Of a stretch of 64,000 bases of DNA, positions 9,354 to 18,707 are shown piece by piece; within the stretch, counting starts at the first letter, position 1; each line of letters starts with the position of its first letter. The translations under genes and the position numbers were made by a program. Below the pieces are notes generated by a model. The model did not search any database. It was not told the origin of the DNA and worked only from the letters and a program-made list of their open reading frames with translations. Location of the stretch: contig CAVXGK010000001.1 of NCBI GenBank assembly GCA_963761305.1, positions 1,376,001-1,440,000 on the forward strand, read 5' to 3'. The stretch is from an uncultured Gemmatimonadaceae bacterium (lineage in GTDB: Bacteria > Gemmatimonadota > Gemmatimonadetes > Gemmatimonadales > Gemmatimonadaceae).

Positions 9354-11312
9354 TTAGCGAGCCGCCGAGGGGCGAGCCTGTTTCGTCCCCGTGGTGCGCA
9401 TTTCGTCGGCCACGTAGAGCGCGGTGTCGACGCTGTCGGCGAGATTCAGCGCGTCCATCGCCAGCGACGTGATGTGTTGTGGCGTCTGCGAGCCGGCGCT
9501 GAGCCGAATCAAATCGAGCTTGATGTTCTGCAGCGCGACGAGGCACGTCTCGAGCTTCGCGGCGATCGTGCCCCGCTTGGCCGAGACTTCGGCGATCGCG
9601 CGCCGCTGCCGCTTGAGGAACGCGAGCCGGCGCACCCGCTCGTCGCTGCCGCTCTCGTCGAGCGGATTCGCCGCGCTCTCGAGGCGCGAGATCTCCGCCT
9701 CGAGCGCTTCCGATCCGCCGGCCGCCGCGCTGCGATCGATGTCGCCGAGCGCGAGCGCCAGGTTTCTCACGCGGTCGGCGAGCGCGCTCGCCGACCGGCC
9801 AACATCGGGAATGCGCTGACGCTCCGATGACGGCATGCGCTCGAGCAGCGCGAGGATTTCGTTCCGGTCGCGCTCAGCGCGATGAATGCGGTCGCCGAAG
9901 TTCCCCGCGGCGCGCGCGACGTCGTCGGTCGCGATCGGCGGAAGCTGCGGCGCAGAGCTCGTTCCCTGCACATACGTGGGACGCGAGATCCGATTGCGCC
10001 GCTGTTCGCGCAGCGCGCGGCGCTTGTCACGGTTGAACATCGACCGCACGTACGTAACCGCGTCCTCGGCGACATCGACCAGGTCGCGATCGCGAGGCTG
10101 ACGAAACACGTCGCGCCAGTCGTAGCCGTCGGACCAGAGGCGCGAGTAGCGGAACGCCATGAAGATGGTCCAGATCACCGGGATGAAGAGCAGGTCCCGG
10201 CCGGCGACCACGTCGAGCACGACGAGCACACCGTTGATGAACAGATATGGAGCGACCTTCTTGCGGAACCTCACGACCTCCGGCGCTTCCCACCGACGGT
10301 ACTCGTCGGGCGTCGGAACCTGCTGCGCGTACGACGGCTGCTGTGCCGCCGACGGATACGACGCGGACGAGGGAGCGGCCGGACCACTTGCCGCGGGAGC
10401 CGTGTTGGCGACCGCCAACCCCCCGCTGCTCGAGAACGTCGGCAGCTTCCCCGTGTCGAGCGCGACAACGACGGAGCCGGCCGACGGGAATCGGTTCGCC
10501 GGATCCTTCTCGAGCAACTGCATGATGACGCGCGCGAGATCCGGCGGAACGTCGGATCGCCGCTGCTCGATCGGCACGGGGCGCTCCGAAATGTGCTTCA
10601 CGAGAACGGCCGGCGTGCTGTTCGCGATGAACGGCGGTTCACCGCTGAGCATCTGGTAGCCCAGAATCCCGAGCGAATACAGGTCGCTGCGCCCATCGAT
10701 GGCGCGTTCGCCGGCCGCCTGCTCCGGACTCATGTAGGTCGGTGTGCCAATCGCGATGCCAGTCGCGGTGAGACGCGTTTCCCCTTCGCTGACCGCGCGC
10801 GCGATGCCGAAGTCGGTCACCATCGGACGTCCGCTGTCGGCGTCGATCAGAATGTTGTCCGGCTTGATGTCGCGATGGATGACGCCGCGCTCGTGGGCGT
10901 AGGCGAGGGCGTCGGCCACGTCGCGAAGGATTCGTCTTGTTTGATCGATCGGCAGCGCGCCGTGCTCGTGGAGCAGCTTGGCGACGTTGTCCCCGGTGAT
11001 GTAGGCCATCACGAAGAACACGATCCCGCCCGCTTCGTCGACCGCGTAGATATCGACGATGTTCGGATGATTCAGCTGCGCGGCCATCTCGGCTTCGCGC
11101 AGGAACCGGGTTTTGATTTCGCTGCGGAACGCCAATTCCGGCGGCAATACTTTGATGGCGACCGTGCGCTTCAAGCGGCGATCTTTGGCGCGGTAGACGA
11201 CCCCCATGCCGCCGCGCCCAATCTCGCTGTCCAGCTCGTAATGGGTACTAAGCGCCCGCTCGACGAGCGAGCGGAGCTCCGTATCCGTTTGCGGTGAAAC
11301 GGGCTCGGACAA
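9354..11312 (-). CDS. Hanks-type Ser/Thr protein kinase with two TM helices and C-terminal coiled-coil domain (tandem paralog)
   Basis: GRGGMGVV, VAIK, HRDIKPDN, DFGIA, GTPTYMSPEQ. Same architecture as the neighbouring kinase. Confidence 0.92.
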   Translation of the reverse strand: MSEPVSPQTDTELRSLVERALSTHYELDSEIGRGGMGVVYRAKDRRLKRTVAIKVLPPELAFRSEIKTRFLREAEMAAQLNHPNIVDIYAVDEAGGIVFFVMAYITGDNVAKLLHEHGALPIDQTRRILRDVADALAYAHERGVIHRDIKPDNILIDADSGRPMVTDFGIARAVSEGETRLTATGIAIGTPTYMSPEQAAGERAIDGRSDLYSLGILGYQMLSGEPPFIANSTPAVLVKHISERPVPIEQRRSDVPPDLARVIMQLLEKDPANRFPSAGSVVVALDTGKLPTFSSSGGLAVANTAPAASGPAAPSSASYPSAAQQPSYAQQVPTPDEYRRWEAPEVVRFRKKVAPYLFINGVLVVLDVVAGRDLLFIPVIWTIFMAFRYSRLWSDGYDWRDVFRQPRDRDLVDVAEDAVTYVRSMFNRDKRRALREQRRNRISRPTYVQGTSSAPQLPPIATDDVARAAGNFGDRIHRAERDRNEILALLERMPSSERQRIPDVGRSASALADRVRNLALALGDIDRSAAAGGSEALEAEISRLESAANPLDESGSDERVRRLAFLKRQRRAIAEVSAKRGTIAAKLETCLVALQNIKLDLIRLSAGSQTPQHITSLAMDALNLADSVDTALYVADEMRTTGTKQARPSAAR

Positions 11313-11587
11313 GCGTTTAGCTCGCTTTAGCGGGGCTAAGGGGTTGTGTGGCGGTGACGCAGTTTAGCATACGTCGAAACTTCCGGAAAGATTAGACGGG
11401 TTCATACGCCGGAGCGGCAGTCATCGTACCCGATTCTTGTCTCAAATGCGACAGAACGCACACCTGACGCTGCCACCGTGACGGAGATCCAAAGCGCGCG
11501 GCATGCATTGTGGAATGCCGTGTGCGACCATGGGGCTAGCCCCCCAGTGTCGCTAGTTGCACGTTCCCATTTCCGACCAGGCACCAA

Positions 11588-14173
11588 ATGGCAACTCGCC
11601 AGACGCTTCCTGTCCTGCCCCTCCGTGGGACGGTCATCTTCCCAGGCCTGACGGCGCCAATCGCCGCCGGCCGGCCGGGGACACTTCGGGCCATCGAGTC
11701 CGCCCTAAAGGGCGAGCGGCTCGTTTTTGCCGTCGCCCAGCGCGACAACACGGACGAGCCCGCTCCGGATATCCTCTACTCCATGGGCGTCATCGCCCGG
11801 ATTGGACAGATCCAACGTGGCCTCGGCGGGGTTCAGCTCCTGCTGCAAGGTGAGCAGCGCGCCACGTCGCTCCAGTTCAACAACACCGAGGGCTTCCTCA
11901 GCGCGGTCGTGATGCCGGTCGAAGAGATGAAACCGGTGAACGAAAACGACCCGGCCTTCGTCGCGCTCCATAAAGAGCTCCGCGAGCGCGCGGCCGAATT
12001 GGGCGAGCGTCGCGGACTTCCCGAGGAAGTCGTACACCAGGTGCTCGACGCGGTTACCGATCCGGGCCGCTTCGCCGACCTCGTCGCCGGTTACATCGAA
12101 GTGCCGCCCGCCGAAAAGCAGGGACTCCTCGAAACGCTGAGCGTCGAAGAGCGGCTGCGTCGCGTCCTCGTCCAGGTCCAGAAGCAGATCGGCATGCTCG
12201 AGGCGCAGGAAGAGATCAAGTCGCAGGTCCAGGAAGAGCTCGGCGAGCGCCAGCGCGAGATGTATCTGCGCGAGCAGATGAAGGCGATCCAGAAAGAGCT
12301 CGGCGACGGCGACGAATCGAAGGAGATCAGCGATCTCCGCGAAAAGCTCGACAAGCTCGAGCTGCCCAAGGAGGCTCGCCAGGAAGTCGAGCGCGAGCTC
12401 GGACGTCTCGAGCGCTCGGGCCGTGAGTCGATGGAGGCGCAGGTCATCCGCACGTACCTCGAGTGGGTGGCCGAGCTGCCGTGGAACGAACGATCGGACG
12501 ACAACCTCGACCTCGTTCGCGCGCAAACCGTGCTCGACGAGGACCACTACGGGTTGCCGGACGTGAAGGATCGCGTGCTCGAGTTCCTCGCCGTGCGCCA
12601 GTTGCGCGCGCAGCAGATGGAGGACGAGCTCAAGCAGACCGGCGAGATGTCGATCGCCAAGCTCAAGGCCACGAAGGAAGACGCGACGCCTCAACTCGCG
12701 GGCATGCACGCCGGCGAGCGTCAGATCACCGACGCCAAGGAAGCCAAGGCCCGCGCCATGGCCAAGGGTCCGATCCTTCTCTTCGTCGGACCGCCGGGCG
12801 TCGGCAAGACGTCGATCGCCAAGTCGATCGCGCGATCGCTCGGGCGTCAGTACGTGCGCGTGTCGCTCGGCGGCGCGCGCGACGAAGCCGACATCCGCGG
12901 CCATCGACGCACGTACGTCGGAGCGATGCCCGGCAGAATCATTCAAGGCATGAAGCAGGCGGGCACCAAGAATCCGATATTCCTGCTCGACGAAGTCGAC
13001 AAGCTCGGCATCTCGTTCCAGGGAGATCCGGCGAGCGCGCTGCTCGAGGTGCTCGACCCGGCGCAGAACGACAACTTCACCGACCACTACCTCGGCGTGC
13101 CGTTCGATCTCAGCGAGGTGCTGTTCGTCGCAACGGCGAACTTCATCCAGAACATTCCGGGACCGCTGCTCGACCGCATGGAGGTCGTGGAGTTCGCGGG
13201 CTACACGGAACGGGAGAAGGCGGAGATCGCGAAGAAGTATTTGATTCCGCGCCAGATCGAGGAGTCGGGGCTCGCGGGGAAGAACGTCGCGCTCACCGAC
13301 GACGCGGTCGCGGCGATCATCAGCAAGTACACGCGCGAGGCGGGCGTTCGCCAACTCGAGCGCCAGGTCGGCGCGGTGGCGCGCAAGGTCGCGCGAAAGA
13401 TCGCCGCCGGTGACACGAAGATGGTCGCCGACGGAAAGATCGACGCCGAGGAGGTGCGGACCCTGCTCGGACGTCCGCGCGTCCACCCGGAGCGCGCCGC
13501 CGAGGAGAACGAGGTGGGCGTGGCGACGGGCATGTACTACACGCCCGCCGGCGGCGACATCATGTTCGTCGAAGCGTCGATCCGCCGGATGTTCGGCGCG
13601 GGCCAACGCTCCACCGACGACGAGCGCACGCAGGTGAGCGGCTGGGGCAACGTGTCGCTCATTCTCACGGGCCAACTCGGCGACGTGATGAAGGAGTCGG
13701 CGCGCGCGGCGATGACGTTTGCCGCGACGCATGCCTCGAAGCTTCAGATCCCGGAGGATCGCCTCGGTTCGATCGAGGTGCACATCCACGTGCCGGCAGG
13801 CGCGATTCCGAAGGACGGTCCGTCGGCCGGCGTCACGATGTCGACGGCGCTGGTGAGCGCGATGTCGGGACGACCCGTTCGCAAGGACGTGGCGATGACG
13901 GGCGAGATTACGCTCCGCGGCCGCGTTCTTCCGATCGGCGGCGTGAAGGAAAAGGTGCTCGGCGCCCACCGAGCCGGAATCTCCACGATCATTCTCCCAA
14001 AGGACAATGAGGCGGACATGGAGGACATTCCGGAGGACGTGCGCAGCCAACTCGAGTTCCACTGCGTGGCGACGCTCGACGAGGTGTTCGCGATCGCCCT
14101 GCTGCCGGCCGCCGCGACGGCGTCGTCAGCCGCCCCCGCACTTATGGAAGCGGACACGGCTAAGGTCGCTTAA
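11588..14173 (+). CDS. lon: ATP-dependent protease La (LonA)
   Basis: LPVLPLR N-domain, GPPGVGKTS, GHRRTYVGAMPG, LLDEVDK, PKDGPSAG (catalytic Ser), PIGGVKEK (catalytic Lys). Confidence 0.97.
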   Translation: MATRQTLPVLPLRGTVIFPGLTAPIAAGRPGTLRAIESALKGERLVFAVAQRDNTDEPAPDILYSMGVIARIGQIQRGLGGVQLLLQGEQRATSLQFNNTEGFLSAVVMPVEEMKPVNENDPAFVALHKELRERAAELGERRGLPEEVVHQVLDAVTDPGRFADLVAGYIEVPPAEKQGLLETLSVEERLRRVLVQVQKQIGMLEAQEEIKSQVQEELGERQREMYLREQMKAIQKELGDGDESKEISDLREKLDKLELPKEARQEVERELGRLERSGRESMEAQVIRTYLEWVAELPWNERSDDNLDLVRAQTVLDEDHYGLPDVKDRVLEFLAVRQLRAQQMEDELKQTGEMSIAKLKATKEDATPQLAGMHAGERQITDAKEAKARAMAKGPILLFVGPPGVGKTSIAKSIARSLGRQYVRVSLGGARDEADIRGHRRTYVGAMPGRIIQGMKQAGTKNPIFLLDEVDKLGISFQGDPASALLEVLDPAQNDNFTDHYLGVPFDLSEVLFVATANFIQNIPGPLLDRMEVVEFAGYTEREKAEIAKKYLIPRQIEESGLAGKNVALTDDAVAAIISKYTREAGVRQLERQVGAVARKVARKIAAGDTKMVADGKIDAEEVRTLLGRPRVHPERAAEENEVGVATGMYYTPAGGDIMFVEASIRRMFGAGQRSTDDERTQVSGWGNVSLILTGQLGDVMKESARAAMTFAATHASKLQIPEDRLGSIEVHIHVPAGAIPKDGPSAGVTMSTALVSAMSGRPVRKDVAMTGEITLRGRVLPIGGVKEKVLGAHRAGISTIILPKDNEADMEDIPEDVRSQLEFHCVATLDEVFAIALLPAAATASSAAPALMEADTAKVA

Positions 14174-14192
14174 AGAGGTCGCAAAGACCGCG

Positions 14193-14229
14193 AGCCGGTG
14201 GCTGGGCGCAATCGCCCCGGTCACCGGCT
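14193..14229. terminator. GC-rich hairpin after lon (terminator-like, no U tract)
   Basis: AGCCGGTG...GGGCG-CAAT-CGCCC...CACCGGCT. Confidence 0.4.
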
Positions 14230-14259
14230 TCGCATGGGGATCGCGTACTGTTCCGCGGG

Positions 14260-14675
14260 CATTGCGCGCCGGCCCGCGAGCATTACGCGCCGGTCCGCGT
14301 CCATTACGCATCCGTCCGCGGCCATTACGCATCCGTCCGCGGCCATTACGCATCCGTCCGCGGCCATTACGCATCCGTCCGCGGGCATTACGCATCCGTC
14401 CGCGGGCATTACGCATCCGTCCGCGGGCATTACGCTCCCGTCCGCGGGCATTACGCGTCCGTTCTCGAGCATTACGCGTCCGTTCTCGAGCATTACGCGC
14501 CCGTCCGCAGGCATTACGCGCCCGTCCGCAGGCATTACGCTCCCGTCCGCGGGCATTACGCGTCCGTTCTCGAGCATTACGCGTCCGTTCTCGAGCATCA
14601 CGCGCCCGTCCGCTGGCATTACGCGTCCGTTCTCGAGCAATACGCGTCCGTCCGCAAACATTACGCACCCGCCCA
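14260..14675. repeat. Tandem array of 21-bp units (19 full copies plus a partial one)
   Basis: Units start every 21 bp from 14260 to 14638 and begin CATTACGC in most copies, e.g. CATTACGCATCCGTCCGCGGG and CATTACGCGTCCGTTCTCGAG. No spacers. Confidence 0.95.
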
Positions 14676-14793
14676 CCCGTCCACCGTCGCTGATATCGAC
14701 ACGCTCGCGCCGGCCCGTCACGCGTTGCACATTGTTTCGACGTCGATCTTCCCGTCCCGAAAGGCCCCAAAAAACCTCCCGGAGCACGCCAGT

Positions 14794-16482
14794 ATGAGAA
14801 GCACACCACTCTCGCCACGTCGTGCGCGCGCAGCGCTCGGCGTTCTCGTTGCCACGTTCGTCGTTCCCTTCTCCTCAGCGATCGCTCAACGCGGCGGCCG
14901 TGGGGGCGGAGGCGGGGGTGGTGGTGGCGGCGGAGGGGGCGGCCCGGTTCAGGCAGGCGGTCCGACGAACGCGGCAACCGATTCAGCCACCGGTGGAGGG
15001 CGCCGGAATGGTTTCAGCGCCACCACGTCCGCGCCGCGCGACATCGTCGCCATGACGGACGCCGCGCCGACGATCACGCATCACAGCGTCGCCGTGCGCG
15101 GACAAACGATCTCGTACACGGCCACCGCGGGCATGCTTCCCGTTCGGAACGAGCAGAGCGACGCCGTCGAAGGCGGCATGTATTACGTCGCGTACACCAA
15201 GGACGGCGCGAATCCGTCGACGCGTCCGATCACGTTCGCGTTCAACGGCGGCCCCGGCTCGGCGACTGTATGGCTGCACCTCGGCGCGTTCGGCCCAAAA
15301 AAGGTGAAGCTCAACGCCGACGGCACCGCGCCGCCGCCGCCCTACACGTTCGAAGACAACCCGAACACGCTCCTCGACCAGACGGATCTCGTGTTCATCG
15401 ACGCCGTCGGCACGGGCTATAGCCGTGCGGCGACGCAGGCGCTCGGCGCGCGCTTCTGGGGGCTCGACGAGGATCTCGGCTCGTTCCGCGAGTTCATTCG
15501 CCTCTATCTCACGCGATTCGATCGCATGGCATCGCCGAAGTTCCTGGCGGGCGAGAGCTACGGCACCACGCGCGCGTCGGGTCTCTCGGGACTGCTGACG
15601 GATGACGGCATCGCGCTCAACGGCGTGATTCTCCTCTCGTCGGTGCTCAACTTCGAGTACTCGTCGCAGGTGCGCGGCAACGACATCGGTTTCATCAACT
15701 TCATTCCGACGTACGCGGCGACGGCGTGGTATCACAAGAAGCTCCCCGCCGACTTGCAGAAGCAATCGGTCGAGGAAGTCGCGGCGGCGGCCGAGAAGTG
15801 GTCGGTGAACGAGTACGCGTCGGCGCTGATGAAGGGAAACAAGCTCGCGGCGGCCGAGCGTCAGGCGACGATCGATCAGATGGCGCGCTTCACCGGGCTG
15901 TCGAAGGAGATCATCGACCAGAACGATCTGCGCGTCGCGCTCGGCACGTTCGACTCCGAGCTGCTTCATGATCAGCACGAGACAGTCGGCCGTCTCGACG
16001 GCCGGTTCACCGGTTTCGCGCCATTGGGCGGCGGACGTGGCGGCGGTTCGGGCGTCGGCGATCCGAGCGACATCAGCATCCGCAACACGTTCACGCCGGT
16101 GCTCACCGACTATACGCGCCGCGAGCTGAACTACCGCAACGAGGACACGTACTACATCCTGGGCGGCGGCATCGGACGCTGGAACTACCCGCAGAACTCC
16201 TACGCCACGGTCGTGCCGAATCTCGAGCGGGCGTTCGCCAAGAACGCGTACATGAAGTTGTACGTCGCCGAGGGGTATTACGACGCGGCCACGCCGTACT
16301 GGGCGGTCGAGTACACGCTGTCGCACCTGTCGATCGACCCGAAGGTGGCGAAGAACAACATCACCGTCGGCAAGTTCGACGCGGGCCACATGATGTACAT
16401 CGACGAACCGTCGATGAAGAAGCTCCGGGACGATCTGGAGAAGTTCTACAACACCGCGATCAAGGAGCCGGTCGTCCCGTAA
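14794..16482 (+). CDS. Secreted serine carboxypeptidase, peptidase family S10
   Basis: Signal peptide, FNGGPGS, DAVGTGYS, GESYG (Ser), GHMMY (His). Gly-rich mature N-terminus. Confidence 0.9.
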   Translation: MRSTPLSPRRARAALGVLVATFVVPFSSAIAQRGGRGGGGGGGGGGGGGGPVQAGGPTNAATDSATGGGRRNGFSATTSAPRDIVAMTDAAPTITHHSVAVRGQTISYTATAGMLPVRNEQSDAVEGGMYYVAYTKDGANPSTRPITFAFNGGPGSATVWLHLGAFGPKKVKLNADGTAPPPPYTFEDNPNTLLDQTDLVFIDAVGTGYSRAATQALGARFWGLDEDLGSFREFIRLYLTRFDRMASPKFLAGESYGTTRASGLSGLLTDDGIALNGVILLSSVLNFEYSSQVRGNDIGFINFIPTYAATAWYHKKLPADLQKQSVEEVAAAAEKWSVNEYASALMKGNKLAAAERQATIDQMARFTGLSKEIIDQNDLRVALGTFDSELLHDQHETVGRLDGRFTGFAPLGGGRGGGSGVGDPSDISIRNTFTPVLTDYTRRELNYRNEDTYYILGGGIGRWNYPQNSYATVVPNLERAFAKNAYMKLYVAEGYYDAATPYWAVEYTLSHLSIDPKVAKNNITVGKFDAGHMMYIDEPSMKKLRDDLEKFYNTAIKEPVVP

Positions 16483-18610
16483 GAACCGGCGCGATCACGC
16501 GCGGCGCCGGCGCGAAGAGCGGCCCCCACTGCGGAACCTTCCACGGATTGTTCCGCAGTTCCTCGGGCTCCGTACCCGGCATGAAGTACTCGGTGTACTT
16601 CATGTCGTACGGCGTCGATGCGGTGGCGAGTTGTCCGGTGGTTCGATCGATTTCGGCGTACACGAGGCCGTCCGGCGGCGGGCCCCACCCGCTCGTCGAG
16701 CGGCCTTGATAGTACTTCGCGATCATGTCGCCCCAGATCGGCGCGGCGAGCAGACCCCCGACAGCGCCTTTCGCGATCGTCTTCGGCTGGTCGAAGCCTA
16801 GCCACACACCGGCGACGACGTCGGGCGTCATGCCGACGAACCACACGTCCCGGTTGTCGTTCGTCGTGCCAGTCTTTCCGGCGACGGGAACGTTGTCGGG
16901 TACGGGCTTTCGGGCCGCCGTGCCGCTGCCGCGGTCGGCGACGTCGCGCATCATGTCGCGCACGATGAACGCCACGCGCGGGTCGAGCACCTGCTGCGGC
17001 GTCGACGGGGGACGCGCGTAGACCGCGCGATTCGCCGCGTCATTGATGCGCGTGATGAACCGCGGCTGCACGACGGCGCCGTTGTCGGCGAACGCCGTGT
17101 ACGCGGTCACCATGTCGATCGGGTGCACCGATGACGCGCCGATCGCGCTCGCCGGCACCGGATCGATCTTGGTGGTGATGCCGAGCCGTTGCGCGAGCGC
17201 CGACACCGAATCCATGCCGACGCGCATGCCGAGCTGGATCGCGACCATGTTGCGCGAGTGGACGAGACCTTCGCGCATCGTCATCGCGATGTTCGTCGGC
17301 ACGCCTTCTTTCCACGTGTTCAAGCCCCAGAATTTCCCGTCGATCTCCTGCGGCTTGTACTCGTCGCCGGTGACGAGCGGAATGTCGAGCGCCGTATCGG
17401 GAACGACCGTGTTGGCCGAGATGCTGTCTTCGATCGCTTTCGCGTAGACGATGGGCTTCATCGACGAGCCGGGCTGCCGAAGCGCCGTCGTCGCCCGGTC
17501 GAACGGCGCGCGCTGATAGTTGCGCCCGCCGACGAGCGCGCGCACGTCTCCGGTGCGCGGATCGATGGCGACCGCCATCGCTTGCAGATAGTCGGTCTGA
17601 CTGCCCTTGGCCGCGGCCTGCGTGAGATGCTTGTAGCCCTTTTGCAATTCGATCTTGTTCGTGCCTTCGATGACCGCGTCGACGGCGGCGCGCTGCAGCG
17701 CGGGATCGAGCGTTGTGTAGACGCGATAGCCGCCGTTCGCCACCGGAATGCCCGCGCGCTCCGCTTGGTGCCGCACTTCGTCGACGAAGTAGCCCGACGC
17801 GGCGGACATACCGCTGTTCGGTGCGGTGACCATCGGTTCGAGCTTGGTTTTATCGGCGAGCGCCTGCGTGATGTACTGCTGATCCGCCATCAGCTGGAGG
17901 ATCAAGTCGCGGCGTTCTTTCGCGCGCTGCGGGTGCGCGATGGGATCGTAAACCGGCTGTGATCTCGGTAGTCCCGCCAGCGTCGCGGCCTCGGCGAGCG
18001 TAAGACGCGCCGCGGGGTGGCCGAAGTAGTGACGCGCCCCCGCCTCTACGCCGTACCAGCCGCGGCCGAGGTTGATCTGGTTCAGGTACGCCTGAAGGAT
18101 CGTGTCCTTCGGGTAGTGCCTCTCCATCTCTCGCGCGGCCGACTGCTCGCGCAGTTTGCGTGAGAGTCCCGCCGTGCCGCTGACCTCGCGCCGGTCGATG
18201 ACGTCCGGGTGCATGTACCCGACGAGCTGCTGCGTGATCGTGCTTCCGCCGCCGCGATTCTCATTGAGGATCTTGCCCTTGATCACGCTCAGCACGGCGC
18301 GCACGTCCACGCCGTCGTGCTCGTAGAAGCGCTGATCCTCGACCGAGATGAACGCCTTCGGCACGTACCACGGAATGGTTTTCAGCGCGACGTTCGTGCG
18401 CATCTCGCGCCCGATCTCGCCGATGAGCGTCGAGTCGCGGGCGTAGACCAGCGTGGACTGCGCGAGCGGGATGATCTGCCAGGCCTCGCCCGTCTTGGGC
18501 GTGGTGTCCTGCGCGTGCGCGACGGCAGCGAGCGACGCGCCGGCGATCAAGGCATATGTGAGGCTACGGACGCGCCAAGCGGCGGTCGCGGAACGACGAG
18601 TCAGCATCAT
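16460..18610 (-). CDS. Class A penicillin-binding protein (PBP1A family, transglycosylase/transpeptidase)
   Basis: Transglycosylase motifs EDQRFYEHDG, GGSTITQQL, RKLRE. Transpeptidase motifs SSMK, SRN, KTGT. Confidence 0.93.
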   Translation of the reverse strand: MMLTRRSATAAWRVRSLTYALIAGASLAAVAHAQDTTPKTGEAWQIIPLAQSTLVYARDSTLIGEIGREMRTNVALKTIPWYVPKAFISVEDQRFYEHDGVDVRAVLSVIKGKILNENRGGGSTITQQLVGYMHPDVIDRREVSGTAGLSRKLREQSAAREMERHYPKDTILQAYLNQINLGRGWYGVEAGARHYFGHPAARLTLAEAATLAGLPRSQPVYDPIAHPQRAKERRDLILQLMADQQYITQALADKTKLEPMVTAPNSGMSAASGYFVDEVRHQAERAGIPVANGGYRVYTTLDPALQRAAVDAVIEGTNKIELQKGYKHLTQAAAKGSQTDYLQAMAVAIDPRTGDVRALVGGRNYQRAPFDRATTALRQPGSSMKPIVYAKAIEDSISANTVVPDTALDIPLVTGDEYKPQEIDGKFWGLNTWKEGVPTNIAMTMREGLVHSRNMVAIQLGMRVGMDSVSALAQRLGITTKIDPVPASAIGASSVHPIDMVTAYTAFADNGAVVQPRFITRINDAANRAVYARPPSTPQQVLDPRVAFIVRDMMRDVADRGSGTAARKPVPDNVPVAGKTGTTNDNRDVWFVGMTPDVVAGVWLGFDQPKTIAKGAVGGLLAAPIWGDMIAKYYQGRSTSGWGPPPDGLVYAEIDRTTGQLATASTPYDMKYTEYFMPGTEPEELRNNPWKVPQWGPLFAPAPRVIAPVLTGRPAP

Positions 18611-18707
18611 GAAGCGGTTGTATCTGTCCAAAATGGTTGTATGGACCATTGTACCCCACCGAGGCGGAATCTCGCCCAGGCCGCTCTTGCCGCGCTACCT
18701 TTCGTGC

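Noticed and set aside
11490..11565. Sigma-54 promoter for lon
   Set aside because: The best candidates (cGGCATGcattgTGG, aGTGTCGctagTTGC) each break one of the invariant GG/GC dinucleotides.
14260..14675. CRISPR array
   Set aside because: Units are contiguous 21-mers with no unique spacers, and there are no cas genes in the window.
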